A DNA stretch of 52,401 nt from Nemertoderma westbladi. Its lineage: Eukaryota; Animalia; Xenacoelomorpha. The stretch covers positions 1-52,401 of the forward strand of contig JAUCBJ010006014.1 of assembly GCA_032718475.1 (NCBI GenBank). Reading direction: 5' to 3'. The position numbers were made by a program, and so were the translations under genes. Within the stretch, counting starts at the first letter, position 1. Each line of letters starts with the position of its first letter. The notes below the pieces were generated by a model that made no database searches, was not told where the DNA came from, and saw only the letters and a program-made list of their open reading frames with translations. Shown here piece after piece: positions 25,802-38,737 of the stretch.

Positions 25802-26466
25802 CCCTTTTAAACATTTTAATCATGTACTATTTCAAATATAAGTGAAATTTATTAACAGGTACACAGTACTAAATATACATTTATATCTAATAAAACATTA
25901 TTGTTGTTATCTCTTGCGTGGATGTGATAAATCTTTGATCCATCGTCACCTGAAGCAAACTGAGCGGACGTTTCGACATAAATTGATTACTGTACAAGTT
26001 CAAGTAAGTACACGTTAAACAATTATTTGGATACAGTTGCTAGTCCCGTCACTGCAACCTGGATAATAGAGCAGTACGCATTAATATAAATGGAAATAAT
26101 ATATTCTGGAATACGGTAATTGAACTTGTTTCCATGTCATTGATTACTTTGCAGCTTTCCGTCCTATAGGCCGCAACGCTGCAAAGTGGTAGTGGTACCT
26201 TGCAGCGTTACGAGTAAATCACCAGAGAACGCTGATCAGTACGCTGATAGACATAATGTAACAAAATAAGTATTTAAAATTTTCACGATAATATTTTCGG
26301 AAAAGAAAAAGAAAAATGAAAATAATAACTATAATTTGAGTAATAAATTATACCAGTTTTGAGTAAAGGTGGGTCTTTAGTACTTTTATAAATTGGAAAC
26401 GAGATTTGTGAATTTTGATGCAAAGTGGTAACGAAATCCAGATTAAAGATCCATTATGGGGGTTTA

Positions 26467-27629
26467 TGTAAAAGCTTTTGCGTAATTAGACGGTTATTTT
26501 CCCCGTAAAGTACTCTGTAGTTGGTTTACTGGGCATAAAAAGGCCGTGTCCTTACTGTACTGGTGTTTTAGAGGACATAAAAGCCATTTCTTCTGTATTT
26601 GTACTTTAGAGGACATAATCCGCAATTTCGGGACGCAATAAGCTCGATACTCTTGAAAACAGTGTCGCTACCATGACGACGGCTAACAGCTGATATTGCC
26701 ACGTCGACATTTCTTTGTTTCTTTGTTCTCTCGTTGTTCGGTCGACCAATCAGAGCGTTTTTTGTCTCTGTGTTGGAGGTGGATACAGAAACTCAGGAAT
26801 TCAGTGTTATGTTTTTGCCCAGAGCCTAAGAACACCGGCTTTTGGCACCTCCGTGTTTCAGTCTTTAGTCTTACATTAGTAGGCTTAATTATAGAACGTA
26901 TATCTGTTATCTAATCAAACGAGTTACCGAGTTAGTCACTCACTTAACAATCATTTATACCTTAACTTTACTGCTTTTGCTGTCGGTTATTCATTATATT
27001 TGTTGATGGAAGATTATATTTGGAATACTGATCAATACTCCGACATCCCAATCTTCTTGATATACTAAAGGTTAGAGAGACCGGTTACAGATAAACGATT
27101 GCGACCTATGTTAAGTGGTTTGAAGTGAATCTAATGCTATTTCATATGCCCTACATAAATTGTATGTTGCTCTCTTTATACGTGACCAAATTTAGTGAAG
27201 GTCGGCAGATTAGTGTGCAGTATTGTGCAGCATTGGGTATGAGTGTAACTGATAACAAAGCATCTCCTAAAGAATGCGCCATATACGTAAATCTATAGCC
27301 TTTTCGTTGTGTCTAGTTTAAGTCATAACTCTGTTTATATATTTAGAGCGCCACGTCCTAAAGGAACTGTTAATATTTCCCGAAAGTGAATAATATTTGT
27401 CAGAGATTATATATTACGATCAGTCGAATAATACGGTAGGCTTACACCATCAATCATTAAGCTCCGAACTCAGTCTCCCGGGTATATCCAACGGGTGAAT
27501 GATTGCGCATAGACTGGCTTCGGCTAATGTAGTGTATCAAATACTCGTCATAAGCTAAAGAATATATATCATCCAAAAGACATCCTAATTTGGCAGGTTA
27601 AACTGTCAAAGGTCTTAAAAGCGCAAACA
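26467..27629 (+). repeat. 5' LTR
   Basis: TGTAAAAGC...GCGCAAACA; only two substitutions seen versus the 3' LTR; CCAAT near 26746 and TCAGTC initiator-like motifs. Confidence 0.97.
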
Positions 27630-27910
27630 ATAACAGATATTGCTTCTGGATTGCGGTGTAAGCAATCTAGTCGAAAGTACCGGTCGACCGGTAACCAGTA
27701 GGCCTGACTGCCTGATCATCCGGACCGGTACCTACAACAGTACAGGTACAGCAGTATTATTCGATTTGATTATTATATGCCGGTAGGTCTTAATAATTAA
27801 TCGGGGACGCCTGGTTTTTATTGGGATTTTACTTAGGCCTATTTCTGTCAGTTTTATTTATTTGTAGGCCAGTATTGAGCAGAAGGCGTGTAAGCCTGCT
27901 CAGATTGTAC

Positions 27911-28487
27911 AGATAATTTATAGGCTTGACTGTTGTCTAACTGTTGTTAGGTCTGAACGGATTGCAGTGCATGTAGAGTGTATGTCCGATAAAGAACGGT
28001 TAGGAAGTAGGGGCAGCCATAGCTGTAAGGTAAACCCCCATCTAAAGAATAAGTCGTACTACTGGGTTAGAACGCATACTACTTAACCATTTCGGAGTCT
28101 GCATGTCCTGTGGTTTATTTAGGCCTGATAGTAGTCTGCCATCGTTTGGTCTGTACTTTGTTTGTGTAGTCTGTACGGGTAGCGTATAATTTTATTTAGA
28201 TAATTTGTAGGCTGGATAGTTGTCTGGCTGTTGTTGGGTTTGAGGAAATTTCGGTGTGTGTAGAGCATCTGTCCGATAAAGTGCTAAGTTAGGAAAGTAG
28301 GGGCTTCAAGTGCTGTGAGGTAAACCCCCTGTGAAAGAATAAGTCGTACTACTGGGTTAGAACGCATACTAACTAATCATTTTGGAGTCTGCATATACCG
28401 TAGTTTGTTTAGGCTTGATAGTAGTCTGTCAGTATTTGGTCTGCATTTTGTTTGAGTAGTTTGTACGCGTAGCGTAATATTTATTAT
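27911..28487 (+). ncRNA. Two tandem ~287 nt structured cis-RNA modules in the retrotransposon 5' leader
   Basis: 38-position stems (27940-27977/28098-28135 and 28227-28264/28388-28425), each 36/38 paired with G-U and compensatory changes; identical 38 nt internal core. Confidence 0.65.
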
Positions 28488-29442
28488 TCAGAGTTTATGC
28501 GATTATTCGCAACATTCATATCCCCAAGTTTATTCCTACAGTAATTGTGTTTGTTATACATACCGTTATAGTTAAACTAACCCCGGTACTACATCAGGGC
28601 TGCTCGGCGTAGGTAAAGACTGGAGATTTTGTGCTTTGGTCACTCCGGCAGATACCGTGGTTCTTTTAGCTGTTCAAGTATTTTTAACTACTAATTATTT
28701 GTTATACAAGTACTTGTACCTAATTTAGGGTTTAGTGTACAGTGCTTTCCGAAAGCAATTAGTGTGTAGGCAGTGTATTTATGTTGTAAAGTGGTTAATA
28801 GGCACGTTGGTTCTGGTAGACCGCGGTAATTAACTTCTAGGTAGGGACACTCCGTGATACATAACGTAGTACCTATAGCAATACGGTTATAGGTCGTCAG
28901 GCGGTGGTATTTTCCTATCTGGACAACACAGTATATTTACTACTACTTATTATTTTCAAATACCGTAGTAACCTGTCCGTTGTAATAACCAGATATTCTA
29001 ACCCTTTGTTAGGCTGGTTAGTAGACTTCTTGTAAAATTACCCTAAAAAATTCGTATTTCTGTATTTGTAATTAAATTTTTGTGTTTATTTAGAGATTGT
29101 AATCTCAACCCGAATTGTACGTAATTTGTAGTATTAAGTAACTTAGGTAAATTAGAATTATTTGTTTTAGTGTCTAACAAGTAGCACTCCACTGAGAGCG
29201 CACAGCTTATGTGTAGTGACTCCCCCAGAAATAATAACATTTATTTCAAACATTGACAAAACCCATTAAACGGGTATATATATATTATAAATCAACTCAA
29301 ACGATTTATAAATAGTAGGCCTGCCATATAACAATTAGGTCTCAATATCAGTTGGACTACTGCTTAAATAACGGCAATAAAGTAAGTTAAAGTAACCAAG
29401 TAACCCTTAAAATTCAGAAATTCAATTATTTAAAATAATTGA

Positions 29443-29690
29443 TATACCGGTATTTACAATAGGCTTATTATTTTATTTTATAAATATAAGCTGAAATCAT
29501 ACCGGTATTCTGTAATTAATTCTAGTTAATAATTATACTTATATACTATAAGTGTAAACTGCATACCGGTATCCACGATAGGCCTATTATATATTTATAT
29601 ATGTTTGTGCTAAAATTATATACCGGTTTCTGTGAAAAACCTAGTCTGTAATAATACTTATATATACCATAAGCATACCGGTATTCTAAT
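29443..29690. repeat. Degenerate ~118 bp tandem repeat with ATACCGGTA motifs upstream of gag
   Basis: Two copies plus a partial third, visible by eye. Confidence 0.6.
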
Positions 29691-29817
29691 ATTATATATA
29701 TCACGCTACACTGAGTAGCAGTATCGGTAATTAATTACTAGGTTAGCAGTTAATGCTGAATTACTAGACTTGCTTAGACTGTAATATAGCAGTAGGCATT
29801 CAACTGTGTAAACAAAC

Positions 29818-32800
29818 ATGTCTGATACTAAGCAGAACCTCTCAGACAGTTTATTAGATGCAACTATCTGCGACTCAGATAAGGGTGTAGAACCGTCTAC
29901 ACCTAAGTTCAGTTCACCTCCCACTGTGAGGAAGGTCATCCCTCCAGTAGTAATAACAGAACCTAGGCTGGTCCAACATCGTAGGTCTATCATAGGCACT
30001 CGAGCCCAGGTCAAGCGGGACCAAGAAGCAGCGGAACAGCAACAACCCGCGAGCCAAGAACTTATTTCTCAGCGGCCCAACAGCTCCAGTAGTGAGGATA
30101 CTGTAGAGCTGACACCCGAGCGCGGAGCAAAGATGACGGATGCGGTTTATTCGGATCCCCTTCTCATCCTTCCTGCAGCCGTACTCACTAGGTTATTGAT
30201 TGCGGTGGAAGAACACCAGATCGATTGGGCGAGAAGTAAGCGCTCAACTAAAGATAGTTATGAGGGATACACAAGGGAAGAACTGAAGTCTATGGTCGAG
30301 TTGCAATGGAACTTCCCCGGACCCGGACTCCCGTTTGATTTATCAGAAGCTGCCTGGGAAGACATACACCGGATGGGAGTAGCCAAGGAAACCATCGATC
30401 CAGCTGTGTGGAAGAGGTCCGCAGCCGGATACGCACAGGGATTCCTCAGCTCTATGGAGCGAGTAAAAGAACAACTGTTTCAACAACCTCAAGGACCTCA
30501 AGAGCAGGGACAACTGCTTTATCAAGTTAGAGAAAGAATTCTGCGAATTAGGCTAATCTTATCGGCCTTTGAAGAGGCTTCTAAAAGAAGACAAGACACG
30601 TCGTTGCAAGTTGCCGTAAAGACTTGGTTTCAATGGGTGAGTCTCCAGGTTCAAGGAACAGCTCAGTGGAAAGCTCAGCTGGAGGAGCGCTCAACCCATG
30701 GAGAATCAACAGACGCTACTTTTTCCCAAGTGGAAAGTGAAGCGACGGCAGAGAAACCGCATAAGAGGGATGCCATTGACATCTATCTGTCAGACTATCA
30801 GCGTTTTTTGGGAGATGAAGAGTTGAGGAGAAGGCTAGATGGACTTAGCCCTAATAGTGAAGGAGCCCAGCGTGTGTTGGACGCAATTGATGTGGATAGG
30901 TTAGCGGCGAACCAAGCTAAATTCGATGAACAACTCCGCATCGCTAGAGACCAAGAAGAAAGGGTGAAGAAGAAACGCATAGAAGACAGAAAGAAAGCAG
31001 CAGTAGCAGCTGCAGAAGCCGAAAGAAAAGCGGCAGCTGCAGAGGCAGAAGCGGAAAGAAAAGCGGCAGCTGCAGAGGCAGAAGCGGAAAGAAAAGCGGC
31101 AGCGGCAGAGGCAGAAGCTAAAAGAAAAGCAGCCGAAATGGAAAGAAAAGCGGCAAGGGCAGCGGCAGAAGCGGAGCGGATAGCGGCTGAAGAGATTGCC
31201 CAATTAGAATTGGAAAATATTCAGGAGAATCAAGACTGCATAAATAAACAGTTAACAGCTAGTAATATGCAGATGATGAATCGATCTACTCCCAAAAGAC
31301 AGGGATATACATCATCTGAGGAAGGCGATACCACCGATACTGAAGGCAAAGGAAATAGATCTCACCTAAGCAGACGTAAAAGAACATCCCACCGTCAGAA
31401 ATTGCCTGATTTGCCTCCAGCTGTTAGAAGGCAACTAAATAACACCAACTTAGGTAGTACAGAACCCACAGACCAAATAATTACAATAGAGAGACTCCCT
31501 ACTATAGTAGATGAGCCTGAAATAATTAGGCCTGTTCCCGAAGCTACCCTTTCGGTGGTAGAGACACCTGTACTCCCTGAACCTACCTCTAAATTCCCTT
31601 TGCACAGTACCAAGCTACCTGTGCCCAGCAGAACAGCCCATGAGACAGTTCAAGCCCTGGACTCCGAGCGAAATATTCATGATTTGTCGCCCGTTGTCCC
31701 TCGTCCGCCCGCTATAACGTTGGCGAATCCCGCTTCGGCGGTCGAATGGGTGGATGAGAGACGACGGGGGATGGATCTCCTGCTCGGACAGATGCAGGAG
31801 ACCGTTCAGCAATTCAAGGGCACAGTAAGGGAAAGTAGGCTAGAGTTGCAAGAAGTGCAGCAAAGTATCGCGCTAGAACGCGATAAATTAGTAAATACAC
31901 AAAAGGGTATACCACCACCCCCTGTAACAATGTGTCAACCTGTTAGGTCTGAAGTATCTCATGCGCAAGGTGTGGAGCCTACACGCATCTATACTGCTAG
32001 CGAAGTAGAAACTCCTATAGTGAACCCTATTAAGGGTAATTATAGACCTGTTGATAATGATATTCCCTATAGACCGGATCATAATCTGAGAAATTTATAT
32101 ACCGATAACTCGATATTAAATAACACGATGGCACAAGAAAGTTTTACGCGTCAAATGGCTAGAACCGAAGCCCGGCAAGCGGTAAAGGTGGGAGAGATCG
32201 TCAAGTTCAATGGAGATGAGATGAAATGGTTACCTTTTAATGAATATTACAAAGATAACATACAGAACTCTGTGCTATCTAATGGAGAGAAACTTAGATT
32301 CCTCATCGAGTGCTTGGAAGGATCTCCCAAGTTAATGGCGTTAAAGTTTATTGGACATCCAGACGGATTAAGACAAGTTTGGGATACACTAAACATCAGG
32401 TATGGTAATAGGAATAACATAGCTGGGTATTTGTATGCAAAGTTGGTAGCGCCCCGAAAGTTTATTAGCAGCGGACTTATAGAGTTTTCCGATGAAATTC
32501 AGGAGATCTGCAGACAATTAGATTGGCTAGGTAAGTCTCATGAGTATCAGAATGCTATGGTTATTAGAGCAGTGGCTTCTACTTTACCGAAGGGTGGAGT
32601 AGGTACACGCTGGCACAAGAAAGTGTTATATATGATGGAACAACAACGACGAGACCCTACCATGGCTGATCTCATGTCATTCCTAGATGGAGAAGTGAAA
32701 TTACAGCTCCTGAAACTGTCCAGAGAGAAGACACCGGAAAACAAGGTAAGTGAAAAACCCGTCTCTAGGAGAAAGGTAACACCAGTGTGTTATACAGACG

Positions 32801-35800
32801 ACGGCGAAAGCCAGACTTCTCAAGGAGAAGATAGCGGGAAAGACACTGACAGATCTTATTATGTCAATAAAATGCCTAAAGATCAGGTAAGTAAATTCAA
32901 GTCTCGAACCAATGACAGGAGAGAACAGGTAAGAAAAACTCCTCCTACGTCTCCCACGAGAATTCAGGTGAGAAAGCCCGAAGAAAAAACAAGTGTACAT
33001 AATGTTACTCAGAGTAAGGTAAGTAACATCAAACCGAAATGTGCGCTGTGTGATGGGACCCATCGCTTAAATATGTGTGATGAATTTCTAAAGAAATCAT
33101 TAACTGAGAGACGTGAAGTCATGTGGGATAAGCGGTTGTGTTATAATTGCCTCAGACATGGACACCAACGGCGAACCTGTTACTCTGACACAAGATGTGC
33201 CAAGTGCGGTGCGAAACATCATATCTTGTTGCACACTGAATTCGAGCGAAATAGTCCGAGTCAGGTAAGTGATTCCGAACTACATGTCCAATTCAGTGAT
33301 GTGAACGACACTGATCAATCTGAGATGGAAGGATTCTATACGGACGAGTTCTCCAACGAAAACGAATCCTGTTACACGATAAATACCACAGTGTATCGAG
33401 CACTCACGTATGAAAGAGATACGGACAGCGACCTTACCCTAACTACTTCTGATCAACAACCATTTTGGAAAGCGCCAACTTCCAATGTAGGGATTAGAGA
33501 ATTTCCTGTAGTACAGGTAAGGGTCCACGGACCAAAAAGGAGTTATGTAGTGAACGCCCTCCTTGACTCCGGTAGTACAGGAACATTCATCGACAAAGAG
33601 CTAGCCGAAGACATATTCGATGGACAACCCAAGTTCCGAACTAAGCTAAACATGTCAGGAATTATGCAAGTTTGGAAATCCACAGTAATAGCGGATTATT
33701 ATGTAGGTGCGTTGTCCACCCCCCAGGACGAACTAGGAGAACATAGCATAAGGTCAGTGAAAATGGTGGCTATAAAGAATTTCGCTACTACTCAAGCAGA
33801 CCTTTATAATTGGGACGAGGATGAGAGCATTCAATATCTTAAGATACCTCGATTCCAGACTGATTATCCTGGAGTGCAAATACTCATCGGCCAAAACGCG
33901 CATGAGGCGCTCGAGACATTGGAGAAACGGCCTGCTCAACCGCAGCCACTACAGACCTATGCGGTAAGAACTAGAGTAGGTTGGTACTTTACTGGCCCTT
34001 CCCGTAGAACTCTCATGGAAAGATTACCGAAAGATCAGGTATATCAAGTGCGAGAATGGGAAGTTGAGAACAGTGAGTTCGACGATCCAACTGAGGGAAC
34101 TCCATACTCCTCAGACAACGACGATATATATCAACTTTTCGATGAGGAGAATGCCATCGATCTCCTTAAGGAAAGCGAGACTTGGCAAAATCAAGTGAAC
34201 TTATGTCAACTCCTTCTCCCATCCGAGCGAGACGACTATAACGACGAGCTTAATGACGTCATTGAACGTTATAATGCCAAGACTCGGGATGAACACGCCG
34301 TAAGATTCTTTACTCAAGAGGTTGTAGAGCCCAACTCCTACGATAAGGCCCTATCGGTGGAGGAAGAAAGAGCCAAGCAGATCCAAGCGACAACTACTCG
34401 TTTTCTTAAAGATCAAGGTAGATATGAGATCGGTCTTCCTTTCCGAAAGCGAGAACCAAAGTTCATTAACAACAGACCTTTGGCGGAGAAAAGAATTGCT
34501 CAACTACATCGACGCCTTACGGCAAATTCTTCAGCTAAAGAAATGTATCAAACGCAGTTGAAGAAGTTTATTAGCAAGGGATATGCGGAGCTAGTACCGG
34601 AAGAAACACCTATAACTGAGAGAACGTATTATTTAACTCACCATTACGTTCCCAAACCCGGTAAACCCCATGAAGTACGAGTGGTGTTTGACGGTTCCGC
34701 CCTTTATATGGGCCAATCTCTTAATTCTGAATTGTTACCCGGACCCAACTTACTCCAATCCTTGTTGGGAATACTATTAAGATTAAGACAATACTCCATT
34801 GCTTTCGCCTCAGATATAGAAGGCATGTTCTTACAAGTCAAAGCGCTGGATAGATATTTTTGTGGTGGCCTGAAGGAGACCTCAATAAGAAACCTGTGGA
34901 GTATTGGATGACCATCCAAGACTTTGGGATAATCTCGAGCCCTTCAAACGCCTGTTCCGTGGTGCGCACCACTGCGGATGACAACCGAGACGCCTTCTCT
35001 AAAGAAGTGATCGACAATATCAAACGAGACATCTACATGGACGATAATCTGAAGTCCCTTCCATCAGTAGAAGAAGCCATTGAGGTCGCTAAAGGAACGG
35101 TAGAGTGCTTAAAAAGAGGTGGATTTCGATTAACTAAATTCACCAGCAACTCCCGTGAGTTTCTGGAGTCGATCCCGGTAGAAGATCGAGGAGCAAAAGA
35201 CCTAGATCTAATAAAGGATGATCTCCCAGAAACTAAGACCCTTGGTTTGAAATGGGACACAGAAAGAGATATCCTGTTTTTCCAATTAAAACAGCGAGAT
35301 AATCCAGTTCGGACTAAACGGATTTGTTTAAGTATCCTGAGCACTTATTTCGATCCATTGGGATTTATTAGCCCAGTTATATTGATTGCTCGGAGTTTAG
35401 TACAACAAATGTGGCTTGAAAACCACTCATGGGATGATCCACTTAAGGGAGAATTATTAAAGAAGTGGATGAAATGGGAAGATTCTCTACCAGCCATCGA
35501 AAACTTCATAATTTCCCGTTCATATTTTGGTCATGTTCTCCCTACGTATTCATATCAACTCCATGTGTTTGGAGACGCCAGCGATATGGGAATAGGTATA
35601 GTAGCTTACCTAAGGGTGGAAACTCCGGACGGAATTAAAGTCGCCTTGGTTACCTCTAAGGCATTAATAAACAACAAGTTGAAAGTTCCTCGAGCGGAGT
35701 TAAAAGCGGCTCTATACGCTACAGCCATCGGCCGGAATGTAACAGAACAGATCGACTATCCCCTGGAGAAAACTGTCTATTGGACCGACGCTTTACTCGT

Positions 35801-37919
35801 GTTGGAGTATATAACCAATGAAGTCTGTCAGTTCAGCGTCTTCGTTACCAACAGAGTAGCTATTATACTCAGTCGCACGACGATGGATCAATGGAGACAT
35901 TGCCCCGGAACGATTAATCCAGCAGACATCGCTTCCAGGGGAGCAACTCCACAAGAACTGGTAGATACTCCAGACTGGTTAGGTGGACCCAACTTCCTCT
36001 ACCAAGAAGAAGAAGAATGGCCTCCTCATCTTACTACAGCAGAAATTAGACAGGCCAAGGGAGCGGAGAAAGTCAAACCTAAAACTCAGGCGAGTAAATC
36101 GAAGTTATTCAAACCCACAGTAGATCTGTCTGTACTACATACTTCCGGAGACGACGCTTTGGATCAGAAACCCACAGCCACAAATAAACCCATTGTGGAA
36201 ATCCGTGATAAAGATTGGAAATCTGGCATACCAGACGTCTCGCAAGGACTCTCACCTCTTCTGCAGAGAGCGATGCATCACTACAGTTCCTGGAATCGGC
36301 TTTGTAAGGCCGTTACATATTTAAAGAGATGTTTTCACCATCACTACTCTGGGATGAAAACAAAGGGTGATACCGCTCCAATCACATCAGTGCAGGTCCA
36401 TGTTATTAAAGACATTCCCAAATATAAGGTACCCGACAAGTTTTTGAAGGAGAAGATCAGTTATCAGGAGCATGAAGAAACCAACAAACAGATGCTGAGA
36501 CTCTTACAATGCTATGAAGATTCCGATAAGTATTTCCTGTTGTTAAGAAATCCACAGATGCGCTTAAGGGATCGTTTCTCTAGCACAATGATAGATGGGT
36601 TGATACGTGTTGGAGGAAGGTTAACGAATGCCCCATTATCCTTTGATACTAAGTTCCCCATACTCATTAGAAATCTTGAGATACAAGTCAAGATGATTGT
36701 AGATGTTCACAGCAAACTTTATCATGCTGGTAGAGAACGAGTTCTTAGCGAAATTCGAACTCGCTATTATTTTTATAAACCCCGTAGAGCTCTGAACCAA
36801 GTTCTTAGGAACTGTATACCCTGTAGGAAAGCATTCAGTAGGCCTTTAACACAGAGAGAGGCAGAATTACCTAGGGAATGAGTAAGCTTTTATGAACCAC
36901 CCTTTACTAATACCGGTGTGGATTTATTTGGCCCTATTGAAGTATATCGTGCTAGGACTATAGTCAAGAGATGGTGTGTAATCTTTGTTTGTATGACTTG
37001 TAGAGCCATCCATCTCGATATGGTGAACGATTTATCTACCAACAGCTTTCTATTAAGCTTACGACGACAGATCGCTCGCTTTGGCACTAGTAACACGATG
37101 AGATCTGATAAGGGAACAAACTTCATTGGCGCCAACAATGAAATCAAAGCTTACGTCAAAGATTGGAACCAAAGACAGGTGGACGACCAACTACGAGTAA
37201 CAGCGTCTAGTTGGACCTTCAACGCCGCCGACGCCCCTTGGTGGGGAGGAAGTTGGGAGAGATTAATAAGAAGTGTGAAGACGGCATTTCATTTTATAGT
37301 GCCTTGCCGCGCTTATCTCACCGACGAACTTTTGCGGACGTTAATGGAAGAAATCGCCACCTATCTCAACGAGAGACCGCTTATGCCAGTCTCATCGAGT
37401 CCCGATTCCCTGGAAGCGCTAACACCCGCGCACTTCCTACTGAAGAAACCTGTAGCCATGCTCCCACAATCGGAAATCACAGACGGAGACGAATACTGCC
37501 GACAAACTTGGCAACTCATGCAGTTGTTATCCCGTCGTTTCGCTGACCATTTCGAAAAACATTATCTGCCCACGCTACAACTTCGAACTAAGTGGTTTGC
37601 GCAGCAAGAAAACGTAAGCGCTGGAGACATGGTTCTTATTGTGGATGTGGACCTTCCACGTAAGCGGTGGCAGACAGGTCGTATAATCGAGACCCACATC
37701 TCGGATGACGGTTTGGTGCGATCGGTAGAACTCGTCGTCATGCGACGTAACTTCAAGAAACCGGGAATTGTCTTTGAGACGCAGCAGCTCAATCGCCCAG
37801 TTGGTCGCTTATGTTTACTGGAAAGAGACAGAGAACTCTCCGGAAACTATGGGAGACAAGATACTCTTCCCACGACCACCTCCCTAATCCAACAAACATC
37901 TAGGGACTCCCCAACTTAA
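29818..37919 (+). pseudogene. BEL/Pao gag-pol polyprotein (Gag-PR-RT-RH-IN), disrupted by one frameshift (~34850) and one nonsense codon (36879-36881)
   Basis: Triple zinc knuckle CALC..H..C/CYNC..GH..C/CAKC..HH..LH; protease LLDSGS; RT DIEGMFLQV and YMDD; KTLGLKW; FDPLG; RNase H LHVFGDAS, PRAEL, WTD, NPADIASRG; integrase HHCC, GVDLFGP, SDKGTNF, GGSWERLIRSVK. Confidence 0.95.
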
Positions 37920-38459
37920 CAACGGCTGGAGTGGGTGTGTGACCATATTATTTATATTTGTATTTGTTTTATTTTTATATTTATGTATGTATTATTATGT
38001 AATTTTATTTTAATCGTTTTATTTAATTTTATTTAGTAGTATGATATTTTAGAGATTATTTAGTAGATTAGTGCAATATATATTCGCGTTTATTACGTAA
38101 TTACTTATAATATATATTTAGTACGACGGCGAGAAATAATTATTTTCTCTTTCCTTACTGTCCGTATTACATTATAAATACGTGACTACAGTAAGATGAA
38201 ATGTCCGTACTTATTAAAGTACAATAAAGCCGCTACTATATTCAAGTATTATTGGTAGGCAGAGTATTAGGAATGCAAAGTTCAGATCCTCGTGTCTCGG
38301 CTAAACCAAGCTCTGGGTAGACCTTGGAAACGACTTGCCTCTTCACACTGACATTGCTTCGTGCGATATTGCTCTCATACCGTATATTAAATAATACATA
38401 TAGTAGCGTGATGTCCCTTTAACAGTAGCATATAACGCAAAATAAATCTGTTAAACCCT

Positions 38460-38737
38460 TTGACCATCTGCAATTCTAGTCGATTAAGATATCGCGGCAC
38501 CCACCGATATACTTGAAAGACAAAATTCTAGAATCAGTGGTTAACGTCCCCAGACAAGTTCTGGAATAAACTGGTGCCCATCCTAAATATTAATCATTAA
38601 TATTTACAAAAATCTGTCAAATATCAGATCCTTTAAAATTCTAGTCGATTAAGATATCGTAGCACTTACCGATACTCTTAAAAGGACAAAATTCCTAGAA
38701 TCAAGGATCCCAGTCCCCAGACAAGTTCTGGAATAAA
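38460..38737 (+). ncRNA. Duplicated stem-loop module in the retrotransposon 3' non-coding region
   Basis: Copies at 38460-38570 and 38627-38737 share nested helices; their basal stems differ in sequence but both pair. Confidence 0.55.

Larger units (their letters stand above)
23480..26262 (+). mobile_element. Non-autonomous interspersed element (copy 1), split by RTE insertions at ~23709-25801
   Basis: 23480-23708 plus 25802-26262 are colinear with the reverse complement of 49788-50787; subterminal palindromes GCAAAGTAGCACTTTGC. Confidence 0.75.

Noticed and set aside
26696-26914. 72 aa ORF duplicated at 41388-41606
   Set aside because: Lies within the LTRs, non-ATG start, no coding features
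34840-34911. Programmed ribosomal frameshift between the two large BEL ORFs
   Set aside because: The break lies inside RT between MFLQV and FLWW, with residues apparently missing; BEL gag-pol is normally one ORF, so this is a lesion
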